A stretch of 58,841 nt of DNA, filler included, from Sphacelaria rigidula (lineage: Eukaryota): the NCBI GenBank assembly GCA_964200075.2. It is 7 parts of 7 records of this genome, joined end to end, with 100 filler letters (N's around TTAATTAATTAA, not from the genome) between each part and the next. Parts side by side here need not be neighbours in the genome. Positions count along the whole stretch, not along the records: positions 8,422 to 16,741 come from CAXNAA020011534.1; positions 16,842 to 25,161 come from CAXNAA020011535.1; 5 more parts are not named here. One strand, written 5' to 3'. The notes under the pieces are model-generated. The model was given only the letters and a program-made list of their open reading frames with translations, did no database searches and had not been told where the DNA came from. Of the stretch, positions 12,098-23,704 are shown piece by piece. A program made the position numbers and the translations under genes. Numbering within the stretch: position 1 is the stretch's first letter; the number at the start of each line of letters is the position of its first letter.

Positions 12098-14482
12098 TCA
12101 ATCATCGTCAACCGACCTCGTTGTGTCGGACTCAGGCTCAAAATCATCTTCATCGAACTCTGCCGTTTCTTGCGACCGACTGCTCCTTTTGTCCGAATTG
12201 AAATCCTCGAAATCGTCGCCATATTCGTCGGCCACTACACTCTGCTTTACGGCGCCCGGCGATTGTTCACAAGCAACGACGCTCGGTGCTTTTCCCCCAT
12301 CTACTGTACCTCGCGACGACTCATTCGTATCGCCATTACCGCTACCTTTATCACCACTACCGCCGCCATCGCCAACCACATCCCCGGGAGAGTCGTGATC
12401 ACCCCACAAGAATGAACCCTCCGATCCGGTCACCACATCTTCCTGCTGATCCGACCGGATAATCTCAAAATCGCTACCATATTCATCCGCTACATCTACT
12501 GCCGCAGCGGCGGGTGGTGCTCCATCCGATAGTCGGTCTTGGTCGTGGTCGACATCATTCGAGTCGACCCTATCCTTGACGGACACGTGTTTGGGAGATG
12601 ATGGAATAGGCCGGCCCGCCTCTCCGTCTGGCGGATGACAATCTCCAAGTGGTACCCGAGATTTGGGGACGCGTTGCTGCGCATAGATTGGCTCGTTTTC
12701 CTCAGGTTCGAGTTCAAGATTCTCTTTACCTTCCGACGGCTCGCCACGCAAACCCCCTGAGTGCGGTCGTGCGAAACGTTTTTCATCGACTCCGTCGTTG
12801 CAATCTCTCCGCAGTGTATCTTCGTGCGATATGTCTCCCTTGATGCTATTCCCCTGCAATTTGTCTCCCTGACGATTGTCTCCCGGTATTTTCCCGTGCC
12901 GCACTACAACGCCCGGTGATTCTGCGCCTTCGCTCTTGCCGACAATGCCTTCGTACAATAATACATCATCGCTCTCCTCCTTGTCGTCGTCTCCGTCCAG
13001 GCCTTGATGGTCGTCGTTGTTGCTGCTGCCTCCGTCGCCGTCGTCTCCCAGCAAACCCCCGAGGAACCCTGCCAAGCTCTGTCGGTCCGACTCCGCATCG
13101 ACCTTGATTTTACCCTCGACGGCAAGCCGCAGAGATGGCACGCCTACATCATCATAATTACCTTCATCATGGCTCTCGCTATCGCCGTGAAACGAACTTC
13201 TGTCGAGACCACCGCCACCATCACCATCGGACAGTTCCGCCCCAGACAAACATGAGAATGACTCTCCATTTTTTTGTTCATCGTCGTTTTCTTGGGCAGC
13301 GCCTCCCCATGAGCCTTCGATATGGCTGCTGCTGCTGCTGTTGTTGTAATCACCGCCGCCATCCAACGATATTTCACATCTTTTGGCCACCCTACGTTGG
13401 TGATGCAAGGAGTCCTTCTCGCCTCCGATGGCGGGAGGTTTAGAAGCCACCCCTGCATCATCATCGCCATCCAGAGCCCCTGCGGATAGATCAATGTCTC
13501 GGCCGGTCGAGCACTTTGCATCTGCACTGCTACTGATGACTCCGCCACGATCTTCCGGATCTCCCTTTTTGTTGGCACCGATGACCACTTCATTGCCTCG
13601 ATCTTTGGAATCTCCGCCTCTGCTACTCTCCATGACTGCCTCATCACCAAGATCTTTACAATCTCCGATTTTGCCAATGCCGGTGACTACGCCATTACCA
13701 CGGAGTCTCGAATCTCCGCTTTTGTTACCGCGAACGATCAGTTCATCATCACGATATTTCGGATCTCCGCTAGTGCTGTTGATCACTCCGCTATCACCAC
13801 GAGCTTTCGAACCTCTGTTTTTGCCACCACCGATGACGACTCTATCGCGATTTTTGAGGTCTTCTTTCCTACTACATTGCTCCTCGCTCTCCGTGCCGTC
13901 TCCTGCGGCACTTCGTGCTTGTCCCTCGAGTCGTCCTGCCTTGCTACTATTCCTGCCTCGACCTTCATCACGATGTACCTCGCTTGCCCTGTCGAACCCT
14001 TCCCGGTTTCCCCCCTCGCCACCACTGCCCTTATAAGATGATTCGTGATCTTTTGGATTCCGCTTTTTACTGCCGCTCTCACTACCGCCATGCGTATATC
14101 CTTCGCCTTTTACTCTCCCCGAAACTGTTTCACTGTGAGGCCCAGCACCATATTTTCGATCTCTTCCGCTGTGGACACTTCGTCCCTCTTTCTGCTCAGG
14201 CCCGCCTCTGGCATTTACATGCCTTTCCCCATTCTGTTGATTTCTTTTGCTGCTGTTGCTAAGCCCTCGGCGTTTATCTTTCGGATCTCTGGTACCCCTG
14301 AACTCTTCGCTGTCGTATGGATCCGTCGTCCTGTGCTGGAATCCGTCCACGCACTCCGTGTCTCCTGTCTCGCGGACGCTTACGCCTTTGAATTCTTCAC
14401 CACTGGCAACACATGCACTACCATCATGGCCCGCCTTTCCTGATCTCCCTCCAACTGAGTACAGGATTGTGCGCATGTCCAT
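12098..14482 (-). CDS. Large G/D/S/E-rich, probably disordered protein; likely the terminal exon (12098-14454) of a larger gene
   Basis: 794-codon ORF with a candidate acceptor ctgtactcag| just before 14454, a 17-aa tandem repeat, and acidic EYGSDFE/EYGDDFEDF/EDDFE motifs near the C-terminus. Confidence 0.8.
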   Translation of the reverse strand: MDMRTILYSVGGRSGKAGHDGSACVASGEEFKGVSVRETGDTECVDGFQHRTTDPYDSEEFRGTRDPKDKRRGLSNSSKRNQQNGERHVNARGGPEQKEGRSVHSGRDRKYGAGPHSETVSGRVKGEGYTHGGSESGSKKRNPKDHESSYKGSGGEGGNREGFDRASEVHRDEGRGRNSSKAGRLEGQARSAAGDGTESEEQCSRKEDLKNRDRVVIGGGKNRGSKARGDSGVINSTSGDPKYRDDELIVRGNKSGDSRLRGNGVVTGIGKIGDCKDLGDEAVMESSRGGDSKDRGNEVVIGANKKGDPEDRGGVISSSADAKCSTGRDIDLSAGALDGDDDAGVASKPPAIGGEKDSLHHQRRVAKRCEISLDGGGDYNNSSSSSHIEGSWGGAAQENDDEQKNGESFSCLSGAELSDGDGGGGLDRSSFHGDSESHDEGNYDDVGVPSLRLAVEGKIKVDAESDRQSLAGFLGGLLGDDGDGGSSNNDDHQGLDGDDDKEESDDVLLYEGIVGKSEGAESPGVVVRHGKIPGDNRQGDKLQGNSIKGDISHEDTLRRDCNDGVDEKRFARPHSGGLRGEPSEGKENLELEPEENEPIYAQQRVPKSRVPLGDCHPPDGEAGRPIPSSPKHVSVKDRVDSNDVDHDQDRLSDGAPPAAAAVDVADEYGSDFEIIRSDQQEDVVTGSEGSFLWGDHDSPGDVVGDGGGSGDKGSGNGDTNESSRGTVDGGKAPSVVACEQSPGAVKQSVVADEYGDDFEDFNSDKRSSRSQETAEFDEDDFEPESDTTRSVDDD

Positions 14483-14785
14483 GTTTCATTCGATACGCGC
14501 GGACAGGATGCGGCTCATAATGTTCAGACATGTAATGCATTCAAAACAACGTGGACGGGAAACTGGTGGATATTCGTATTGTTCTCTTTTTATCGCCTTA
14601 CACTATTTGAACCGTCACGAATCACCCCGTCGTCATAGGATATTTGCGCGCGTATAACCCTGTAAACGCTCTTGGCAATACCCTATCCCATCGATTATGA
14701 CTACAAAGCATTTCAGGGCCTTCACTACGTCTACGGACGAGAAGCATGCGTGCCTGCAACTCGAATTACACTCGTATTTTTCAAT

Positions 14786-15340
14786 ACCCTGGACATCCTA
14801 TTACAGCGTCAAAACGTGTACTGCATACAGTATCGACTATTGCGCCTATTGCGGCAATAGACTTCATGCTGAACAGCGGATTATCAAAAATGGGGTCGAA
14901 CAAAAAATGAGGTTCAACTCAAAAGCCGTTCTTTCCCTGACGTAACGGCACGATAAATAACTTTCATATGGACGGCCCTATCCCTCCCAACCTCCCTAAA
15001 ATAATTCTGGGGGGTTCTCAGCCTTCCGTTCCCCCGAAGGGCATGTGCGAAAGCACGATTTTTGAGCCAAGAAGCGTCCCTTTTTTCACCCCGAAATCGA
15101 GGCAGAAATGTGCTTTCGCACATACTCTTTGGGGGAAGTGACGGCTAGGAATTTCCCGAAACAGTGTCAGGGAGTTCGGGAGGGATGAGGTCGTCGATAT
15201 GAAAGTCATTTGCCATGACTTTGGGTCAGGGAAAGCACGGCTTTTCAGTTGAACCTCATTTTGTTGTTCAACCCCATTTTGTAGAATCCTCCGTTTCTGT
15301 ACGCAGTACATTTTTTGCATTAGAATTCAGTGTCCAGGGT
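14786..15340. mobile_element. Fold-back/MITE-like element with long imperfect inverted arms
   Basis: 14876-15000 (gcggattatcaaaaatggggtcgaacaaaaaatgaggttcaactcaaaagccgt...) pairs with 15165-15293. Outer matches accctggaca/tgtccagggt and gtactgcatacag/ctgtacgcagtac. Confidence 0.75.
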
Positions 15341-15953
15341 GTGTTTCATTCCCATTGACACCCACAAACTGAAGATCAATCAGGCTTATTTCAAACACCT
15401 TACGATAACCACCGAACCCCGTTGTTCAAACTGGTAAACCTTGAAGTAGTGTTGGGGAAGAGTTGTGGGGGTTCAGACCACGACAATGCAGCGCTCATCT
15501 ATCATCCCGAAGTCTTTAAAACGCGAGAAGTAATGCGATGAACCCTCGGTGGGCTGCGAGCCTGCCGACCAAACGATCGAAAATAGTTTAGGTGGCGGGT
15601 AGATGGATTGCTTCCTCAGACTACACAATTAATTGTCCCGACGGTGTGGGGGAGGGGATTTGAAAGTACAACATAAACGAGAGAAACGAAACCCTACCTC
15701 CACCGCATAGCGATAGTGTTTGTGCATCGATTTCGAAGCCCCATGAGGTCAACACGCCCTTTGCCTGGGTAAGCAGGGCACGATCATCCAATCGTGGCCA
15801 CCGCCCAGAGGACAGCTTCGAGTGGATCACTTTGGCGTAGGGTCCGCTTCCTCGCGCATTTCTAGCCGCGATCTGATGCACATAGGACAAAACCAAAAAC
15901 AGGCGAAGATTCGTAATCCGCTTGTCGCGGGTCTCCCTTTGACAACAGCGTAA

Positions 15954-16334
15954 CATTTATCATTATTATCTCGCTGCGTATCCACTACATTGCAGACCTT
16001 TTAGGAAATTGTGGGGAGGCTATTTCATTTCAAGTTTGACCTTCCTTGATGTATTTTTTGAGACCCCTTTTTTTTGTTCCAGTGTCATTTTCTCGAGTTT
16101 GCGTGTGTGTGTGCGCGCACGCGTGTGTGCCCAATGAATGAAGCATTTATCATCATTATCTGGCTGCGTATCCACTACATTGCAGGCCTTTTTGGAAATT
16201 GTGGGGAGGCTTTTTCATTTCAATTTTGACCTTCTTTGATGTATTTTCGTAGACCTTTTTTTTTCTCGATGCCATTATCTCGATTTCGCGTGTGTGCGTG
16301 TGTGTGCGCCCACGCGTGTGTGCCCAATGAATGA
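15954..16334. repeat. Tandem duplication, 190-bp unit x2
   Basis: Units start at 15954 and 16144 (catttatcat..ttatct.gctgcgtatccactacattgcag...cacgcgtgtgtgcccaatgaatga). Confidence 0.92.
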
Positions 16335-16413
16335 GATATCTGTTCTTCACCACAGCAGCCTGTGCCTGTTGTTTACTTGCTTATAAGTATTTTTTTTTCG
16401 TCACAATGTGAAC

Positions 16414-16741
16414 CCGGTCGCCCCAGCGGCTCAGTTCGTAACCTTGAATCCTTCTGACGGTTGGGTCATGGGTTCGAATCTCGGTGAAGTCACACGAGCT
16501 GCGATTTTTGCTCACATCATACCCAACGGTGGAGAGCGATTTCGCCGCGGGTACACAAAATTCGTCACGACAAGGGAACGCGACTGCTGAATCCGTCACG
16601 CGATAAGAAAAGAGGGCAAGCACCGCACAAGAAGAGCGGAATAATAAAACGCAGTAAGACATAGAAAAGCCTGTCTTAGCCTTCCTCCTGTGTGACCCCG
16701 GTCGATGCGCCCAAATATACCGAAAGGTGTAGACTGGCGTC
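16414..16741 (+). mobile_element. tRNA-derived SINE
   Basis: A-box-like gcggctcagttcg and B-box ggttcgaatc (16471-16480) at tRNA spacing, but no closing acceptor stem. A homologous head occurs at 33505. The 3' extent to the scaffold end is assumed. Confidence 0.7.
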
Positions 16742-17273
16742 NNNNNNNNNNNNNNNNNNNNNNNNNNNNNNNNNNNNNNNNNNNNTTAATTAATTAANNN
16801 NNNNNNNNNNNNNNNNNNNNNNNNNNNNNNNNNNNNNNNNNCGATGAGTTGCTTTATTTCTGGTATCGCCACTTCCAGAGACAGCCACGGCTTATGCACT
16901 GCCTCATGGATGTCTAGGGGGGGAGGGGGGGGGGGGGGCGGTTAAGCATATAACAAGAGGAAAAAGAGAGGGAAAGGAAAGAGACAGAAGGAAAAGAATA
17001 AAAATCACTCCGAAGCATAAATGTTTGCACCAGTTGGATAACTTCTGCGGTATATAAGTATAGTATGCTTGAGACAGCCGTCAGCGTGCAACATCTCATC
17101 ATTCGTTCCGCGTTATCGATGTACCCCCCTCCCTCTCCCCCCGTGCGCGCGCGCCGCTGCCGCTGCCGCTGCCGCACCGCCGTGTTACCCTACGCACCGC
17201 CTGCAGTTCTAATGATTTTACATCCATCTGTATGTTTTCATATTTTCATGTTTCCGTGTACAACGCTGTGAAG

Positions 17274-17768
17274 TTAAGGGGCCTTTGGTCCCTGGGAACC
17301 CGTGCCACATGGAGAGAATCGGCGGACCAACCGCTGTTAGCTGCGCACGGGTCTCAAAACAGCGCCGACGGAGATCAACGTTCCTCGTTGGATAAGGACG
17401 GCGACGGGCCGTCGGCGGCAAGCGGCGGCGACGATGACGGGCGAACGACAATGAAAGTGAGATGAGGAGAAAAGTAGGAACTCATTACTAAGAGGGTGTT
17501 CTCCTATGGCGGAATCGTCCACCCAGAGTAGAACTATTGAACGTCTGCTTTTATCAAGCATGGCATCAGAAGAGGTATTCACTTGGCACAAATGAAGTTA
17601 ACCGTCCAGCACCCCATGTGCGGAGCTTGTGCGACGGAGTCAGCGCTGCGCACTCAACAGCAAAAATGCAACGGAAGGGCACATGATGGGCAGCCGTGAC
17701 GGTGCTCTACCAGCAGTTAGTCTCTCCCGCGTTGTTTCTAGCCCCGACAGCTACTGCTACTGCTACTG

Positions 17769-17814
<46 letters not shown>

Positions 17815-18979
17815 GCTGTGTCCAGTATTAGTGGCGTAACAGTTTTGTGCCGATGAGAACACAAAGCAAATAGCGGTGTGTAGCAAATAACGAAGAGAAA
17901 AATTCTCAGACTACTAGAGAGATGTCTGCGATAAAACTCTGTAGGTACTGTCGCAAGTCGGCCCCAGCGTGTGCCTTCATTGATGTGTCGCCTTGCTCAG
18001 TTGTCACGGGTGCATGTTGAGTCTCTTGAGTCTCACGTCAGTTGGTTTGCACGGGAACGCTACCATGTTTACCTTGAGCTAACAAAGACACACGGTCCAT
18101 GTTGCCCGTGTTTCTGCACAAACGACAGGAGCCAAGCAACGTGCAGGGCCCCGGCGAGTGTACCCCTCACCATACCAGGTAACGCAGCGCTGCTCTATGC
18201 GACAAAATAGGACTCATTATCTCCGCCTCCGATGCACGATAACAAATCCCGCAACCATGGTAGAATAACAGTAGCAGAAGTAGTAAAAGTAGCAGTAGTA
18301 GTAGCAGTAGCAGTAGTAGTAGCAGAAGTAGTAATATTCATAATAATAATCATGATATTACAGTTGTAATAATAATTTTAATTGTCATAAATATCACAAT
18401 TATAATCATCATTATAGTCATAATCATAGTCATCGTAATCATAATCATAATCATATTTTCCAGCCATCCTGCACCCCCCCTCTTTTCGTCGAGACGTCTC
18501 TGTATTCTCAAGGAATCATCTAACACTCCCGCGCCGCGTCGACCCCTTCAAGCTTTCTCTACTTCTCACGTCCTTATGTCTTTCAGCGACGGAAATCAGA
18601 TACTTCTCAAGGAAAAACGCCTCTCCCGGAATCCAAATCCTCGTACTTCCACCCTGACTGATGATGAATACACTGAACCAGTTAGATCACCAAGACAGGG
18701 CGGCTATTCATTGGGCAAAATCCGCACTTTTCCTTGGAAGATAGTGTCCGTATCGTGCTACTTTTCAAAATTGCATGCCTGTTCGTATTGAGGTACAAAA
18801 ACGTCTTCAATGGTTGTGGATACTATAGTACCACATGGAAGGGAAACATTCTCACAGAAGTCTCTCGAGAAAATCACTTTTTTACATTGGCGACACCATG
18901 ATAATATATGTAGCCCTGTACGCTTCATGAACAGAACGTCCCGTGTTCGAGTCCCGGCTTGCACCAACGCGACAACAAT

Positions 18980-19068
<89 letters not shown>

Positions 19069-22000
19069 ACACAACTTGACGTTGTGCAAGCAATAAGTGA
19101 TATCTTTCCCCTTCCTTTTCAGCATTTGTGGATATTCCGTGCCCGTTTGTGTCGAGTGGGTAGCGCTGCGGAGAAAATTGTTCTGCTGAAGGTCGTTGAT
19201 TCTCACCTCAACCCCCCTGAAGCCGCGCTCAGAGGGCCTTTCGATGCCGAGCTATTGTAAATAATAAGTACGTGCGTGCAGCAGGGCGACGCGTTCGAGG
19301 CGCGACCAGAGACGATCCCTGTGGTAGTTGCTGTTTTTTCATCTAGATACCCTCCTTGTTTGATGCAAGAATCTACAGAACCCGCGTGCGCCGAGCTTAC
19401 TTGATTTTCAAACATACACAAACTGTACCACCAACCAAACAGTCCTCACTTCCTCACTCTGAAAAGTTGTTCGACGGGCGGTCGTTCTGTAAACCCCGCG
19501 GTCTCCTTTCCCTCTGGTACCACCGCACTGCTGCCGCTATTCCTGACCCCATCGTCGATACCACGTTCGGTGCCTGTTTCAAGCTCCTCGCGCGGGGGGA
19601 GGGGGCGAGGGGTAACGGATCCGCTATGCTTACCTTATACGTAAACACATAGCATGGTTACTCGTCCTTGGGCAGACTTGATGAGCAAACAACGTCGGTC
19701 GTCTGTCGAGTGTTTTCTACCCGAATCTAGATTTTTCTGTTCCAACACTGGTAAAGCAGATAACAGGGCGGAGGAAATCTTCACCTTTTGACACTGCCGA
19801 AGCAGACGAAATGAGCGGCAAAAAGTCTTCAGTAATTTTGACGGCGGCAACGTAAAAGTACAGCATGTCTGAAAAAATACTGAGATTTTTGCTGAACCTT
19901 GCGACACCCGTGCGCGGGCTCGTTTGGGGATTGGATGAGTTGTTACCATACATTTCTTTTTGGTCGTCTACGTTCGGCATATGTTGTCGTGCACTTGGCG
20001 TTGAAGGTTGCTGTGCTAAATGTCCTATTTCGCGCTGCCTTGTGTTGAAAGGCGATGCAACAAGCCGCGGACAAGCGCCAGTATGGACCTGCAGCTTGGA
20101 CAAGAACAGGAGGAGACCAGGCGCTACCAAGAGCAAAGGCAAGATACGGCACACACACATACGCACACAAGCACACAAGCGCGAGTACAAGCACGCACGA
20201 CCCACGCAGAGGTATCACCACTGTCAAAAAATGAGCAGAAACGCTAACTCTGGGGAACGAGAACGCATGGGCACAGCGCAGAAATGTCTTGTTTTTATTT
20301 TACAGGAAAAAAAAACACGAGAGCAGAAAACTGAAAGTGGATGAATCATGATGCATGGGCGTTGCCTTGAACGAGAAGGTGATCAAAGACATGCATGTAT
20401 TCATGCAGCACCACAAAACGAAACGCATAACAAAGTAACGAAACCGGCACATGGAATGGCCATCTCCAATCCGATAGGTCATGGTAAAACGCACGGAAAA
20501 CAGCGTTCGATCACCTACACGAACGAATTCTAGACCGTACATGACTCGCGGGGGGGGGGGAGCCTCGCCCGCCATCTTTATCCCTAAACTCGTCGGGTGA
20601 GGAATGCTCTAGGTCATTTCCCAGTGAGTCCCAAGTACGCCGAGGTAAAAGGTTTTGATAATTGAGTTTCATGTACGAACTGTATCCCGCAATGAATATC
20701 CCAAAGGCGATGCAACCGATTGGGTTGATGTCCGCCTGCCTGCGTTTTTTTTTCTTCTTTTTCTCTCTCGTACCTCTTGTGCGCAGGTACTACCAGGCAA
20801 GCCTGAACAGGGTGCAGCGGAAACTCCTTCGAGGACGGCTGGCCGCGTTCTGCATGTCTCGAGACTACGATAAGCGGGAGCAGCTACAGGTGACGGGTGT
20901 GAATGAGCAAAGCACCCACGCAGTTTTAGAGCGGCGAGCTTTTGGACACAATTGGCAACCGTGTGGTGCACGAAACATTCCGTATCCTTTCACCTTGTTG
21001 CTTTTCTTGTTGTCTTTGCTGATTTCTTGAAGGCGGCGATGACTCGCTTACAGAGGATTATGTCCTGAAATATATACAAGGTTGTGTTCTGCAGGGTATA
21101 TGTGTGTATGTATGTACGTGTATATCCGGGGGTGGGGGATTTCCGGTTGGCATACTAGACCATATCGAACTGCGTACGGAGCATAGCCGTACGGTCCGGC
21201 GGGCTATCGAGCCCTGTTCCGAACACTCCGGTATGGTCTGGGAGGGTGTTTGCCGATAAAATATCTTCTTCATACTCCTGTAGATGCCCTAAAAATGTAC
21301 ATCGTCACGCTTCATGACAATATGGGTGGGTAGCACAAGCGCGTGAGGTCGTGTGGGTGGGGTTGTCAAGAGTACACGTCTCACACTGAAGAAGTCCCAA
21401 GTTTCAACGCAGCGGGATAAACAACGTCTGCAGATGTACAGCACGATAAACGTTTAAAATCTACGCAAGCATTTGTTCCTGATGAGAGAAAGAGTACTGT
21501 ACGCCGGGCTGCTTTTGAAAATGCAAAAACATGACGAAAATCTGCCGTCGACGTGGGAGACTAAGTTGATGCCAAATGGCGGAGGTACAGTATAGTAGCA
21601 GTAACAGCCCTCTTTTTTCGCCGACTCACTTTCTCTGTGACGGACAAAAGCAGCGAAATATGTTGGTTGCCGCCATGCCCCATCCCTTCCCAAGATCTCC
21701 GACCCTCTGGGCAAGGCAAGCCTCAGCTGTGTTTATCTTGGTCTGAACTGATGTGCGAGACGGGCAACATATCGGGCACCACTCACGAACACCTTGTATG
21801 GTATTCTTTTCTACTTATTCTTGTTTTGTTTGTATCGCGTTTTGTGAGTTTTAAGTCTGCGCCTATATATATATATATATATATATTCGGTTTTGTTTGA
21901 TTTCCTCAGACCTTCTTATAGGTAGCTAGCCTGTGACCACGGAAGTTGTCCGCATCAGATGCCCAGTACGAATGTATGGCGCAGATATCGGAACGATTTT

Positions 22001-23672
22001 TAATGTGAAGACAACAACAGCAACAACGATCTCCTCCTCTTTGAAGAGTATAGGTGGAAACGAGGGTCAAGAGTCTAGAGCAAGTTTTAAAAGGACTTTC
22101 GAGTCTCCTCAGGGAGGCAGGGTGGTGAAGTCGCATCATCGTGATTCACAAAAACACATGAAAATTAGCCATACTCTACTGCGGCGTACTGTCGAATTGT
22201 TTTGTACCGTTAAAATGATGTGGTCACTCTATCGCTTTCTGTGTGCATGTATTTATTTCCCCGTGCCCTCTGATCCACTTGATTCTTCCTCGAAAATTCA
22301 AAGCTGTGGAGAGGGTACAGTATGGTTTATTAGGAAATAAAGGAAATTGCGGTGCTTTTGTGGCCCTCCCGTGCGAAGAGGTCGTCACGTTAGCCTCCGC
22401 TCGCCTTCTCTTCGCCTCCCCCTGCTGCCGGATCCGTGTTGTTCTGTTTGTTTTCCGACGACAGAAAGCGTCGAGCATTATGAAGGAAACAGCTAAGAGC
22501 AACACGCTCAACGCCCCGGGTAGGTCCATGAGGTCTGGCTTGAGCAAGCATCGGATCACTTCAATCCTCCGCAACACGTACAGCCAGGCGAGAGACCTAG
22601 TTTTGTTTTGTTTTCTTGTCACCCTCCCGTTGTTGTTTTTTCTGTGATTTTTGTCAGATGGAAACGTGACTGATTTATTTGGGTAACGATTTGATTGGCC
22701 GATTGACTGACTGATATTTGTACCATGATGGGCCCGTTACAAAGGCAGCCATGATTACAAGATGAAGTCCTCGAAATATGCAGAAGACGAGAAACTCGCT
22801 GAAGGAAGCCCGAAAACGGGGAGAGATGAAAAGTAAAGGAGAACACAAAAAACAGAGCAAACCGGGGAAGGAAATGAAAAGAATGGAATGGAATGAAGAG
22901 GAGAGAAAGAAACACAGCGTAACCATAAAAGACGGGGATCAGAAGAACACCTACTACAATATACCGGTCGGGAGAGAAAATCTCCAACTGATTCCTCCCG
23001 CATAGCTGCGGTAGGGAGACCGTACACAAATAAACAAAACGAAACAAGATGAAAACCAAGAACCAAAAATATCAAAATAACACCCCCCCCTCCCCCCCCA
23101 AAAAAGGGGACGAGGAAGAAACAAAAGAACAAAGAGAGGAAGAGATGAGCAGAGGAAGGAGAAGTAACCCAGAAACAAAACAGAATGGGAACGGGAAGTA
23201 TAGGCGGGGAACATTGCTTAAGTTTGCAAGCCAAGGAAAGAAGTCAACAACCGCTAGGACAGGACAGGGGTATTGGGTTCCGTCCTATCTCTCCATACCC
23301 CGTCCACCCCATGTCGTGGGGTAAGTGCGCCTCTCTCTCGAGTCACTCGCGGGATGTTGCGACTGTACTCTTGTAGTGCCAGCGGTGGCAGCTTTTTATT
23401 TTTGGCGGCGCTCAACGCAATAGCCTCTTGCACTCAACTTAGATCGGATTGGCGTCCTGTAGGTCTTCGCACCGCCACGCCTCCTTCATCTCCTCCTCTT
23501 TACATTTTTCCCCATGCCCCACTCCCAGGTGCCATTTGGTCACGTTCTCAGAGGCAGTGACCCCGTGTTGCGAGTCGGTTGTCTTCGACGTTCATACCGC
23601 GGACAAAACCTCTTCCGCCGTCCTCCGCTCACGTGGAATAGCCCCTGAGGAACGTATTCTCTATTGCAAGCG

Positions 23673-23704
<32 letters not shown>

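Noticed and set aside
16414..16490. Functional tRNA genes here and at 33505 and 49822
   Set aside because: A/B boxes are present but I could not build proper acceptor stems or full cloverleaves; treated as SINE-like.
18758..19206. Poly-Val/Thr/Leu ORFs (and poly-Cys at 17629-17856)
   Set aside because: Translations of CAA and CTG microsatellites.
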